The notes below the pieces were generated by a model. That model saw only the letters and a list, made by a program, of their open reading frames with translations, ran no database searches and was not told the origin of the DNA. 64,000 bases of DNA. It comes from an uncultured Candidatus Saccharibacteria bacterium (GTDB lineage Bacteria; Patescibacteriota; Saccharimonadia; Saccharimonadales; Saccharimonadaceae). The stretch covers positions 560-64,559 of the forward strand of contig CAZFYB010000005.1 in assembly GCA_964523145.1 (NCBI GenBank), written 5' to 3'. Numbering within the stretch: position 1 is the stretch's first letter; each line of letters begins with the position of its first letter. A program made the position numbers and the translations under genes. This document shows positions 20,106 through 28,894 of this stretch, in pieces.

Positions 20106-20561
20106 TTATCCTACTGAAACGATAGTGTAGCTAATATCACCTTTAGGTGTAGAGATGGTGACTTTTTCACCCTCTTTTTTGCCGTAAAGCGCCATACCGA
20201 TTGGTGATTCGTTGCTGATCTTACCCTCGAGCGGGTTTGCTTCAACCGGGCCAACAATCACATACTGAACCTTTTTTGTACCATTTTTTAGTTCAACACG
20301 ACTACCGAGGCCAATGGTACTTTTTTTGCTGGCTTTAATAATATCAGCATTGTTGATGATATCTTCAATATCAGCAATCCGTGTTTCAAGCAAGCCCTGT
20401 TCTTCACGGGCAGCATCATACTCAGCGTTTTCACTGAGGTCACCAAAGTCACGAGCTTCAGAAATCTTATCTGCAACCGCGCCACGGCGAGCTTTAAGCT
20501 CAGCTAACTCAGCTTCTAACTCTTTTTTGCCTTCGGCAGTGATTTGGTAATGTTTTTTCAT
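20106..20561 (-). CDS. greA: Transcription elongation factor GreA
   Basis: GDLSENAEYDAARE, ISNESPIGMAL. Confidence 0.95.
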   Translation of the reverse strand: MKKHYQITAEGKKELEAELAELKARRGAVADKISEARDFGDLSENAEYDAAREEQGLLETRIADIEDIINNADIIKASKKSTIGLGSRVELKNGTKKVQYVIVGPVEANPLEGKISNESPIGMALYGKKEGEKVTISTPKGDISYTIVSVG

Positions 20562-20598
20562 AATAATTTAACTTTCTTGTATCTTCTTAAGATTAAGG

Positions 20599-20620
20599 CC
20601 TACGCTATATATAGCGTAGG
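20599..20620. terminator. Hairpin between proS and greA
   Basis: cctacgctat-at-atagcgtagg perfect 10-bp inverted repeat. Confidence 0.55.
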
Positions 20621-20641
20621 TCCGTGTATTCACATCTCTAA

Positions 20642-21880
20642 TTAGCTTATTTTATCAAGCAGCTCAATGATAGTCAATAACTCAGTTTCACCAGTGCTTC
20701 GGCGAGTGAACTCATACTTGTTTTCAGCCAAAAGGCGTTCGCTTATCGTAACTCGGTACGGCAAGCCAATAAGTTCAGCATCAGCAAACTTTGCGCCTGG
20801 GCGCTCATCGCGGTCATCGAACAAGGTCGTAATGCCTCGTGAGCGTAAAAGTTCGTATAATTCAGTCGCCTGCTCGGCAATATCGCCAATACTTACTAGG
20901 TACACCTTATATGGCGCAACATTTTCTGGCCACACCAACCCTTTATCATCAGCAAAATGCTCGGCGATTAACCCCATGAGGCGGCTTGGGCCAATCCCGT
21001 AGCTCCCCATAATGACTGGTTTCGAAATACCATCTTCATCAGTAAAGTTTAATTCGAGAGGGTTACTAAAGCGCGTCCCTAAGGTAAAGATATTCCCCAC
21101 TTCTACTGCCTTCACTTCTTCGAGCTCATTTTTATTCACGCCAAGTTCAGCAAGTACTTCATCGGTGTACACTTCTTCATTAATCGCGATGCCTTTATTA
21201 CGGTCGAGATAAATAACATCTTCGCCTACTGGGCTTATTGTCTGGTACTCGTGGCTGAACTTAGCAAAACTACCGCCACTTGCAAAGGTCTTAAAAGTCA
21301 CCTCCCCTAACCCAAGTCGTGCAAATACCCGATCATACGCATCAGAAATTTTGTCGTAAAAATCATCATGCTCTTCTTGAGTGCGACTAAAACTGTATAA
21401 ATCCTTCATCCAGAATTCACGACCCCGCATTAACCCGCTTTTTGAGCGCAGCTCATTACGGAACTTGATTTGGAATTGATACGGGTAGACTGGCAAATCT
21501 TTGTAACTACGAATGTAGTTTTTCATCAGCTTCGTGAGCGGCTCTTCGTGAGTTGGCGCAAGCCCCAGTTCACTGCCGTTCGCTAATTTCGTCTTAAACC
21601 ATACGTCTAGTACTTTATCGTCCCAGCGACCAGAAGTTTTCCAAACATCGCTTGGCTGCAAGGCAGTCAGGCTAATCTCGTTTCCCCCCACATCGTTCAT
21701 TTCTTCGCGAATAATCTGAATAATATTTTCAAGGACCCGTTTACCAAGGGGTAAATACGCGTATACCCCCGCCATTTCTTTATAAATAAAACCAGCTCGC
21801 ATTAACAGTTGAGCGTTTTTCGCTACTTCATCAGCCGGAGCGTCTTTTAGGGTTTTGGTAAACAAGTGTGAAATTCGCAT
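20642..21880 (-). CDS. proS: Proline--tRNA ligase (short, no INS editing domain)
   Basis: APTHEE, FRNELR, RGREFWMKDLYSF, GSYGIGPSRL, anticodon domain PGAKFADAELIG; 412 aa. Confidence 0.94.
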   Translation of the reverse strand: MRISHLFTKTLKDAPADEVAKNAQLLMRAGFIYKEMAGVYAYLPLGKRVLENIIQIIREEMNDVGGNEISLTALQPSDVWKTSGRWDDKVLDVWFKTKLANGSELGLAPTHEEPLTKLMKNYIRSYKDLPVYPYQFQIKFRNELRSKSGLMRGREFWMKDLYSFSRTQEEHDDFYDKISDAYDRVFARLGLGEVTFKTFASGGSFAKFSHEYQTISPVGEDVIYLDRNKGIAINEEVYTDEVLAELGVNKNELEEVKAVEVGNIFTLGTRFSNPLELNFTDEDGISKPVIMGSYGIGPSRLMGLIAEHFADDKGLVWPENVAPYKVYLVSIGDIAEQATELYELLRSRGITTLFDDRDERPGAKFADAELIGLPYRVTISERLLAENKYEFTRRSTGETELLTIIELLDKIS

Positions 21881-21883
21881 AAT

Positions 21884-22639
21884 TTATCCTCCCAGTGTAC
21901 TAAGGAATAGCGGATTTATAAAGAGGAAGTAAAAAGCTATACCGTTCTTCATCATATGAAGCATGATCGATGGCCACAAACTACCCGACACTACTCGCAG
22001 CACGCACAGCACAATACTCAGAGCAAATACATCGAGTCCAACGTTCCAGGCAAAGTGCACCATGGCGAATAATACACTTGTGATAAGGATCGAAAGCCAA
22101 ATCGGCGCGTACTTACGTAACTTACCAAACAAGTAGCCACGAAATAGTACTTCTTCGGCAATCGGGGCAACAATAACGAGCATAAGGAACGCGAGGATAT
22201 ATTCGTATTGCTGCGAAATACCACTATAACCGGTTTCTTGGGCTTGATTGTAATCAATAAACGGCAAAAACGACATCGCTAAGGTGGTAATAATTGCCGT
22301 AAGGATAAAGTAAACCACTAGACCAGCCGGGGCCCAGGCGAAATCTTTCCAGTTAGGATACCGCTGCACACCAAGTTCTTCAGGGGTGGTACGAGATTTT
22401 TTTACCAACCAAGGCACTCCGATCACAATCAGTATCGAGAGTGTGTAAATAGCTCCGTTGGCAACAGTGTTAAAAATAACCTCACTGATAGCCGAGAAAT
22501 CAACTCCAACTGTGCGAGCAAGTTCTAGTGTCACGACAATAATTGCCTGCGCCAACATGAACGAGAAAAACGTCCACACCGGAAAACCGATAATTAGCAG
22601 TGCTTTTTTAGCGTTAGACGAGTTTCGTAACATCTGCAA
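21884..22639 (-). CDS. CPBP/Abi (CAAX-like) intramembrane metalloprotease
   Basis: AEEVLFRG, FAMVH, LHMMKN motifs; multi-TM. Start uncertain. Confidence 0.85.
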   Translation of the reverse strand: MQMLRNSSNAKKALLIIGFPVWTFFSFMLAQAIIVVTLELARTVGVDFSAISEVIFNTVANGAIYTLSILIVIGVPWLVKKSRTTPEELGVQRYPNWKDFAWAPAGLVVYFILTAIITTLAMSFLPFIDYNQAQETGYSGISQQYEYILAFLMLVIVAPIAEEVLFRGYLFGKLRKYAPIWLSILITSVLFAMVHFAWNVGLDVFALSIVLCVLRVVSGSLWPSIMLHMMKNGIAFYFLFINPLFLSTLGG

Positions 22640-23747
22640 TTGTTACCAAAATTATTAAGCCCATTAACACCATGAATCCAATACCATGTATTGTTTCTTC
22701 ACGCTCTTTTGTCAGTGGTTTACGTAGTACTTTAAAGAGTGCGGTCACAAACCATCGTCCACCATCGAGTGCTGGGATCGGCATAGCGTTCATCACCGCT
22801 AAAGCAAGTGAAATAATTGCTGCCAAAAAGAGCACTTGTATAATCCCTGCTTCACTGGCCGCCGGGAAAATAGTTCCCAAAATTCCCACCGGACCAGCAA
22901 CGCTTTCACTGGCTTTATTCAGCTGTGCAGTTGCCTGCTCACGAGCACCTTCGTCCACATTCAGTTGACCAAACACACCACCAAAGAAATTCGCTACGAG
23001 CTCACCCAAACCTTGAAAGGTCACCCAGGTAAACTGCGCTGCCGTCACCACACCGACAATCGGTGCTGACCAGGTAGATCTAATACTTTCTTGTTGCCCT
23101 AGCGAGGCACCAACTACAGCTGAATCAGCGTCACGCAGACTTACTTGGGTTGTTTGTTCGGTACCATCACGGCTATATACTACTTCAGCCGTTTCACCCC
23201 GGTATTGTTTACTCGTTTCAATGAGTTCAGCGGTCGTTGTTACCGGCTCACCGGCAAAACGGATAATACTATCGCCCGATCGTAGCCCAGCTTGAGCCGC
23301 AGGGTAATCAGCCGTCACCTCACCAATTCGCACCGGTGTTGTAACGATGTTCGTATCAGCAGCAACATTAAACTGATCAGGAATAATTTTTGGCATGCCG
23401 ACAAGTGCCACAATTGTGAGCAATACTACAGCGGTAATCCAGTTAATAAACACACCAGCGAATAAAATCTTTGTCTTCTGCCAAAAAGTTGCTGCGCCAT
23501 AATCACCTTTTTTATTAGCCGAATCATTTTCACCCTGAAGCTTTACAAAACCCCCAAGCGGAAGCCAGTTCAATGTCAGCAGGACACCATTTTTCAGCTT
23601 TTTACCCCAAGCTCTTGGAGGAAAGCCAATCCCAAATTCTTCTACCACTACCCCGTTGCGTTTTGCAACGATGGCATGACCCAACTCATGTAAAACCACG
23701 AGCGCCACTAAGACAAATAGCCCAACAATAATTCCAATAATTAGCAT
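22614..23747 (-). CDS. rseP: RIP metalloprotease RseP (M50)
   Basis: HELGH, PDZ-like segment, NAMPIPALDGG. Confidence 0.92.
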   Translation of the reverse strand: MLIIGIIVGLFVLVALVVLHELGHAIVAKRNGVVVEEFGIGFPPRAWGKKLKNGVLLTLNWLPLGGFVKLQGENDSANKKGDYGAATFWQKTKILFAGVFINWITAVVLLTIVALVGMPKIIPDQFNVAADTNIVTTPVRIGEVTADYPAAQAGLRSGDSIIRFAGEPVTTTAELIETSKQYRGETAEVVYSRDGTEQTTQVSLRDADSAVVGASLGQQESIRSTWSAPIVGVVTAAQFTWVTFQGLGELVANFFGGVFGQLNVDEGAREQATAQLNKASESVAGPVGILGTIFPAASEAGIIQVLFLAAIISLALAVMNAMPIPALDGGRWFVTALFKVLRKPLTKEREETIHGIGFMVLMGLIILVTIADVTKLV

Positions 23748-24446
23748 TTATCCTCCAAATCGGCGCTGTCTTCGCGCGTATTCATTCATTATAGCCGTCA
23801 CATCCGCTTTTGTCATATCTGGCCATAACTTCTTCAAAAACAGCAATTCACTATACGCTGAACGCCATAACATAAAGTTACTGATACGCTGTTCGCCACT
23901 GGTACGGACCATTAAATCAAGTGGTGGCACCTCTGGTGCATACAGATTTTGAGCAATTAACTCTTCGGTCACTTCCTCGGCCTCAACGCCCGATTGAACA
24001 ATTTTTTTAACTGCATCGGTAATTTCAAGTTGTCCGCCATAATTAAAACATACCAAAAACACACCGCCAGTGTTTTGAGCAGTGTCAGCTTCAGCCTTAT
24101 CGATAGCCTTTAAAATCTTTGGGTCGAGGCCGTCTTTTGAGCCAATAATCCGTAGCTGCACGTTGTATTTGTTGAATTCAGGCACATCAGCGCTGAGCAC
24201 TTTCAAGGTAAGTCCCATGATTCGCCTCACTTCATCGGAACTTCGCTTCCAGTTTTCGGTTGAAAACACATATGCCGACATATACTCCACACCCGCTTCT
24301 AGAGTCGCCAATGCCACCTCTTTCAATGCATTATAGCCCGCTAAATGACCCTCATACGTAGGCAAGCCATGTTTCTTCGCCCAACGGCGGTTTCCATCAA
24401 CAACATACCCCACATGTTTTGGTATTTGTGCAGCATCCTCGGCCAT
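23748..24446 (-). CDS. uppS: Undecaprenyl diphosphate synthase (cis-prenyltransferase)
   Basis: HVGYVVDGNRRWA, FSTENWKR, RTSGEQRISNFMLW, RRFGG. Confidence 0.95.
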   Translation of the reverse strand: MAEDAAQIPKHVGYVVDGNRRWAKKHGLPTYEGHLAGYNALKEVALATLEAGVEYMSAYVFSTENWKRSSDEVRRIMGLTLKVLSADVPEFNKYNVQLRIIGSKDGLDPKILKAIDKAEADTAQNTGGVFLVCFNYGGQLEITDAVKKIVQSGVEAEEVTEELIAQNLYAPEVPPLDLMVRTSGEQRISNFMLWRSAYSELLFLKKLWPDMTKADVTAIMNEYARRQRRFGG

Positions 24447-25000
24447 TACAAAGTCAGGATTTCTTTTTCTTTATCTTTAAAGAGTGAATCTAGCTGAGCA
24501 TTATTAGTAGCGACAAATTCATCGATTGTTTTTTCGATACGCTTTAAATCGTCCTCAGAAAGCTCTTTGGCATCTTTTAAGCGCTTGGCATCTTTTTGCG
24601 CATCTTGGCGAATATTACGCAAAGTGATGCGCGCTTCTTCAACCTTTTCAGAGGTTTGCTTAACTATTTGCTTGCGGCGTTCTTCGGTCAGTGGCGGAAT
24701 CGGCACACGCACTAATCGCCCGTCATCGCTTGGGTTTAGGCCCATTGCTTGCTCATTTCGAATCGCGGCAACGATATTTTGTAAGTTACCTGGATCAAAC
24801 GGAGTCACCGTTAATAGTTGCGCCTCAGGTGCGGTTACGTTCGCAACTTGATTCAGCGGCACTTTATTTCCGTATGCTTCAACCTGAATGCTATCAAGCA
24901 TAGTGGGGTGTGCGCGGCCAGTACGAACCTTTCGCAACTCATCGCTAAAGTGCGCGACAGCCTGGCTAAAACGGTCTTCATATTGTTTCGTATTAAACAT
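24446..25000 (-). CDS. frr: Ribosome recycling factor
   Basis: RTGRAHP, NPSDDG, PPLTEERRK; start moved to ATG 25000 (185 codons). Confidence 0.95.
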   Translation of the reverse strand: MFNTKQYEDRFSQAVAHFSDELRKVRTGRAHPTMLDSIQVEAYGNKVPLNQVANVTAPEAQLLTVTPFDPGNLQNIVAAIRNEQAMGLNPSDDGRLVRVPIPPLTEERRKQIVKQTSEKVEEARITLRNIRQDAQKDAKRLKDAKELSEDDLKRIEKTIDEFVATNNAQLDSLFKDKEKEILTL

Positions 25001-25097
25001 AAGTCTCTCTTTCTTAACAGTATTCATTATATCAGGTTCGGTATCCCCGTTATAAGATATTGCACATTTTAATGTAAAATTGTATAATATATCACAC

Positions 25098-26165
25098 ATG
25101 AAAAAGAAATCTGCCTCGGGGCCCATGGAGTCCCCTCGCTTTATCTACCAACCACACACCATTGATACCCTTGCAATGGCCACAGAGCGTCTGGACTCGA
25201 TCAATGAAGACTACCACCAGCTGTCTGTTGATCAAAACCCTCACTTAAACACACACCCCTATGAAGGTGCGGTGTTATTCACGATTGACGAACGCCCTGC
25301 CGATCGCGCTTCGGCTATTCTTCATGCACCTGCATATGGCCTATGGAACGACCCGCGGCTTGATTTTTTCAAAGACTCTATTGAGCGCCGAAGAGTTATA
25401 TTGAGCCAAACCGCCCTTGGTAAAGCGATCGCCGAAACAGTACCCACCTTTCATTCGAGTAAAATGAACCCCGAGCAACAGATAATTTGGGCGCGGCCTA
25501 TTGTTGATGGCGACACAACTACCGGTGCCGTGCAACTTGCGTATACCATTAATCAGGACCCCGAGTGGAACTACCCCACTAATGATGAAGTTGAAAACAT
25601 CTGGAGTAAACACGAACGTAGCATGAATGAAGTTGCCCGAGCACTTTCGCAACTTGCGCTACGGACCGGGTCGCTATCACGAAGCCTCGAAATTGCACCA
25701 CCTGTCACCCCGAACGCATTTATTGTTCATTGGGATATTCAAAACTCAGCTAAAGACGCTCTGACCGACCGCTATGCCCAAATGGCCGCCTATTTAGAGA
25801 TATGGAAGGCGCACCGTAAAGAGCTTACCGACCAGTTAAACGCAACCGTGCTTGATCGTGGTGATGGTGAACACATTATTATTCCTATTACCACCGACCT
25901 TAACGACCCAGCACGTGTTCGTACCTTTGGAAAACGAACAATTCCTGATTTCGTTACGGCACTCACCGCTGAACATGACCGTGTTGCGCAATCTTTTGCT
26001 CCGGATATCTTTCCTAAAATGCATGTAGGTGTTGGTATCGGCAATATCGAAAAGGGTGAAAACAACAATCCCACAGGACAAGTCCTATGGGATGTTATGA
26101 AACTGAGCCGGGCAGAAGATTATTCTGTCGCCTACACTGAGGCAGCTCGAAACATGTTGTTTTAG
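25098..26165 (+). CDS. GAF-like domain + divergent class III nucleotidyl cyclase domain
   Basis: GAF-like WARPIVDGDTTTGAVQLAY; cyclase motifs in correct order: IVHWDIQNS, DRGDGEHIII, KMHVGVGIGNI, TGQVLWDVMKL, SVAYTEAARNML. Start moved to ATG 25098, 9 nt after TATAAT. Confidence 0.7.
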   Translation: MKKKSASGPMESPRFIYQPHTIDTLAMATERLDSINEDYHQLSVDQNPHLNTHPYEGAVLFTIDERPADRASAILHAPAYGLWNDPRLDFFKDSIERRRVILSQTALGKAIAETVPTFHSSKMNPEQQIIWARPIVDGDTTTGAVQLAYTINQDPEWNYPTNDEVENIWSKHERSMNEVARALSQLALRTGSLSRSLEIAPPVTPNAFIVHWDIQNSAKDALTDRYAQMAAYLEIWKAHRKELTDQLNATVLDRGDGEHIIIPITTDLNDPARVRTFGKRTIPDFVTALTAEHDRVAQSFAPDIFPKMHVGVGIGNIEKGENNNPTGQVLWDVMKLSRAEDYSVAYTEAARNMLF

Positions 26166-26758
26166 TCGTTTACGCCGAGTTCAATGCGCTTGAAACGGCG
26201 AATAACAATGTTTTCACCGGTTTTTGCGATGTTCTCTTTAAGGAAATCAGCAACAGTTTGTGAATCGTTCATAATGTACGCTTGGTTCAATAGAACTTTA
26301 TCAGCAAAGTGCTTTTTCACTTGGCCTTCAACAATTTTTTCAGCCATTTCAGCTGGCTTGCTTTTTAGGGCTTCGCTTTCAAGTGCTTCTTTACGAACAC
26401 GCTCTAGTTCTTCGGCTGGAATATCAGCTTCAGAAACGTAAACTGGGTTCATTGAAGCAACCTGTAGTGCGATGTAGTGAGCAAACTCTTTAAACCCATC
26501 GGTGCGTGCAACGAAGTCGGTTTCACAGTTTACTTCTACAAGAACACCGATACGGCCACCGTGTACGTAGCTATCGATAACGCCTTCAAGTGCTTCACGG
26601 TCAGCCTTCTTTTCAGCTTTCGTGAGGCCTTTTTTGCGCATCGCTTCGAGTGCTTTATCAAAGTCACCTTCTGCTTCTACAAGCGCTACCTTAGCGTCAG
26701 TTAAACCAACGCCGGTAAGTTCTTTTAATTTTCGAATGTCGTCAATTGATACTGCCAT
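26162..26758 (-). CDS. tsf: Elongation factor Ts (short form)
   Basis: LKELTGVGLTDAKVAL, VEVNCETDFVAR, ENIVIRRF. Confidence 0.96.
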   Translation of the reverse strand: MAVSIDDIRKLKELTGVGLTDAKVALVEAEGDFDKALEAMRKKGLTKAEKKADREALEGVIDSYVHGGRIGVLVEVNCETDFVARTDGFKEFAHYIALQVASMNPVYVSEADIPAEELERVRKEALESEALKSKPAEMAEKIVEGQVKKHFADKVLLNQAYIMNDSQTVADFLKENIAKTGENIVIRRFKRIELGVND

Positions 26759-26763
26759 AATTA

Positions 26764-27480
26764 TTAGGCCTCCTCACCCTTATCTTTCTTTGTCACACCC
26801 TTACCTTCAGCAACTGCTGCAGCAACGTATTCAAGAATTGTTTGAACACCCTTAATGGCGTCATCGTTTCCTGGAATAACGTAGTCTACGAGGCTTGGGT
26901 CGGCGTTTGTGTCTACTAAAGCAACAACTGGTACGCCCAATGTTTTCGCTTCAGCAATTGCGTTGAGGTCACCATTTACGTCAATAATAAACAGTGCACC
27001 TGGTTTACCGCTCAGGTCTTTAACACCACTGTACTTAAGGTTCAGTGCGTCAATTTCTTCTTGGAATCGTTGTACTTCAAGCTTGTTGTAACGCTTTTCA
27101 AGATCACCAGTTGCCATTCGCTTTTCAAGATCTTTTAGCTTCTTGATTTGTGCAGAAATAGTTGCAACGTTTGTGAGTGTCCCACCTAACCAACGTTCGG
27201 TCATGTATGGCTGGCCAAGTTCTTCGGCAGTCTTTTTCACCAAGTCTTTGGTTTGCTTTTTTGTGGCAACAAACAGAATTGGCTTACCAGCTGCAGCTAT
27301 TTTAGTAAGGAAAGGCAATGCCTTTTCCAAACCTTCAACAGTTTTCGTTAAGTCAATGATGTGGCTATCTTGACGCTTGCTGTGAATGTATGGCGCCATT
27401 TTAGGGTGCCAACGGCTCGTCTTGTGTCCAAAGTGAACACCAGATTCGAGCAATTTCTTAATATCAACCTCTACGGCCAT
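26764..27480 (-). CDS. rpsB: 30S ribosomal protein S2
   Basis: GVHFGHKTSRWHPKM, ERWLGGTLTN, DTNADP, PGNDDA. Confidence 0.97.
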   Translation of the reverse strand: MAVEVDIKKLLESGVHFGHKTSRWHPKMAPYIHSKRQDSHIIDLTKTVEGLEKALPFLTKIAAAGKPILFVATKKQTKDLVKKTAEELGQPYMTERWLGGTLTNVATISAQIKKLKDLEKRMATGDLEKRYNKLEVQRFQEEIDALNLKYSGVKDLSGKPGALFIIDVNGDLNAIAEAKTLGVPVVALVDTNADPSLVDYVIPGNDDAIKGVQTILEYVAAAVAEGKGVTKKDKGEEA

Positions 27481-27597
27481 ATTGATGTACTCCTTTTGTC
27501 CTCACCCTCAGCCCTGATTGTGTCAGGAGTAATGCGGAGGGTTGTGTCGTTTAAAATATTACCGACTTATTATAACACCAGTGAGAAGTGAGGTCAA
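27481..27597 (-). promoter_or_regulatory. rpsB sigma70 promoter and structured 5' leader (candidate S2 autoregulatory leader)
   Basis: TTGACC(27597-27592)-17 nt-TATAAT(27574-27569); leader hairpins gtcg/cgac, accctc/gagggt enclosing cctga/tcagg; SD AAGGAG. Confidence 0.6.
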
Positions 27598-27626
27598 TGA
27601 TGCAGTTAGCAAGAACAGCTCGCCGC

Positions 27627-28139
27627 TTAAATCTCCACTTGCCTTCGCAAAATCGCACTCTTCACTACTCGTGACAATCCCAGCGCTCTTTGTACGTCAA
27701 TATTATTCGTAAATTCTTCAGCGCTCACATGTGTGAATTGCCGCGCACCGATAACACCAATGTGGCCGAGTGCTGAATCAAGGTGCGCTTTTACTTGTTC
27801 GGTCAAAAACGCTTCGTCAAACGTTTCGGCAATATCGTGGTCAACCTTGATATCGTCCACTACTTTCATTATTTCATCGTACCGATCACCGGTATATTCA
27901 GCTCGCTCATTGATAGTTCGGCGCAAGTTATCTGCATCCTCCCAAAAACCTTCAACAATCCTATAGGCTCGAATGTCTTTTGATTTTTCCGCCTGTGCCA
28001 AATACGCTTCAGCTAATGCGTCATAGTTATCTACCCGCTCTCGTACTTCATCTTCAGTAAGCGCCATTAAATGCGCTTTGTGTACGTCTGCTACTCGGCT
28101 ATCGTCTTCATGTGGTGAGTGCGGTGTTTCAAATGTCAT
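27627..28139 (-). CDS. Hypothetical protein (helical, acidic)
   Basis: Open frame of 170 aa; start moved to ATG 28139, 7 nt after a TAATAT box; no recognisable motif. Confidence 0.7.
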   Translation of the reverse strand: MTFETPHSPHEDDSRVADVHKAHLMALTEDEVRERVDNYDALAEAYLAQAEKSKDIRAYRIVEGFWEDADNLRRTINERAEYTGDRYDEIMKVVDDIKVDHDIAETFDEAFLTEQVKAHLDSALGHIGVIGARQFTHVSAEEFTNNIDVQRALGLSRVVKSAILRRQVEI

Positions 28140-28262
28140 AGTTGCTATATTACACCTTATATAAAATATTCCAAAATATGATATAATATAGATAATCACC
28201 GCGTGATTGTTCGTTTCACTATCCTCATGCTCGCCACCTCGTTGAAAGAAGGGCTTTTACCC

Positions 28263-28379
28263 ATGGCAAACTCATACAACCAACCGCCCGCTCAGGTATG
28301 GGGCCCCGAGGGCGACCCCAACTGCCGGTGCAACACCAGTAGCAAGCCGGATGACTGTCCGGTACACCCCTCGCATTAA
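28263..28379 (+). CDS. 38-aa micro-protein with CxC-x9-CPVH motif
   Basis: Manual translation [38 protein letters not shown]; purine-rich aagaaggg upstream, TATAAT near 28180, terminator at 28423-28447. Below ORF-track cutoff. Confidence 0.55.
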   Translation: MANSYNQPPAQVWGPEGDPNCRCNTSSKPDDCPVHPSH

Positions 28380-28422
28380 CCGCACGGAGCGCTCAGAGCT
28401 TGAGTCGAAGGAGAAACTCTAT

Positions 28423-28450
28423 AGGCCGCATCATATCGATGCGGCCTTTC
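28423..28450 (+). terminator. Intrinsic terminator
   Basis: aggccgcatc-atatc-gatgcggcct followed by ttc. Confidence 0.65.
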
Positions 28451-28453
28451 CCT

Positions 28454-28482
28454 TTGACAAATCGCTCCAAAACAGATACAAT
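28454..28482 (+). promoter_or_regulatory. sigma70 promoter of rpmE
   Basis: TTGACA-17 nt-TACAAT, ending 10 nt before the ATG. Confidence 0.8.
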
Positions 28483-28492
28483 AATTCAGATT

Positions 28493-28819
28493 ATGAAAAG
28501 CAACCTACACCCAACCGATTATCGCCCAGTCGTATTTAGCGACGATGTGGCCGGTTTTGCCTTTTTGACCCAGTCAACCGCGCAGACCACCGAAACTATT
28601 AAATGGGAAGACGGCAACGAATACCCATTGGTAAAAATGCACATCTCGAGTGCTTCTCACCCATTCTTCACCGGTGAAGAAAAGATTATCGACACCGAAG
28701 GCCGCGTTGACCGCTTCAAAAACCGTGCTGCCGCTGCCGATGCGCGCAAAGCCGAACTTGCAAATAAAGCGAAAAAAGCTGCTGCAAACAAAAGCAAAAA
28801 AGTCTCTACAGACCAATAG
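28493..28819 (+). CDS. rpmE: 50S ribosomal protein L31, type B (cysteine-free) with Lys/Ala-rich tail
   Basis: [31 protein letters not shown]; start moved to ATG 28493. Confidence 0.93.
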   Translation: MKSNLHPTDYRPVVFSDDVAGFAFLTQSTAQTTETIKWEDGNEYPLVKMHISSASHPFFTGEEKIIDTEGRVDRFKNRAAAADARKAELANKAKKAAANKSKKVSTDQ

Positions 28820-28830
28820 CTTTTCTTATG

Positions 28831-28865
28831 AAAGAACCCTCTTGTATCTCTCGAGGGTTCTTTTT
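28831..28865 (+). terminator. Intrinsic terminator after rpmE
   Basis: aaagaaccctc / gagggttcttt plus T-tract. Confidence 0.75.
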
Positions 28866-28894
28866 GTTAGAATAAAGATATAAAAGGAGCCACT

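Noticed and set aside
28351-28539. ORF-track frames 28351-28539 and the 28400 extension of rpmE
   Set aside because: They run through a terminator and the rpmE promoter; the true rpmE start is 28493.
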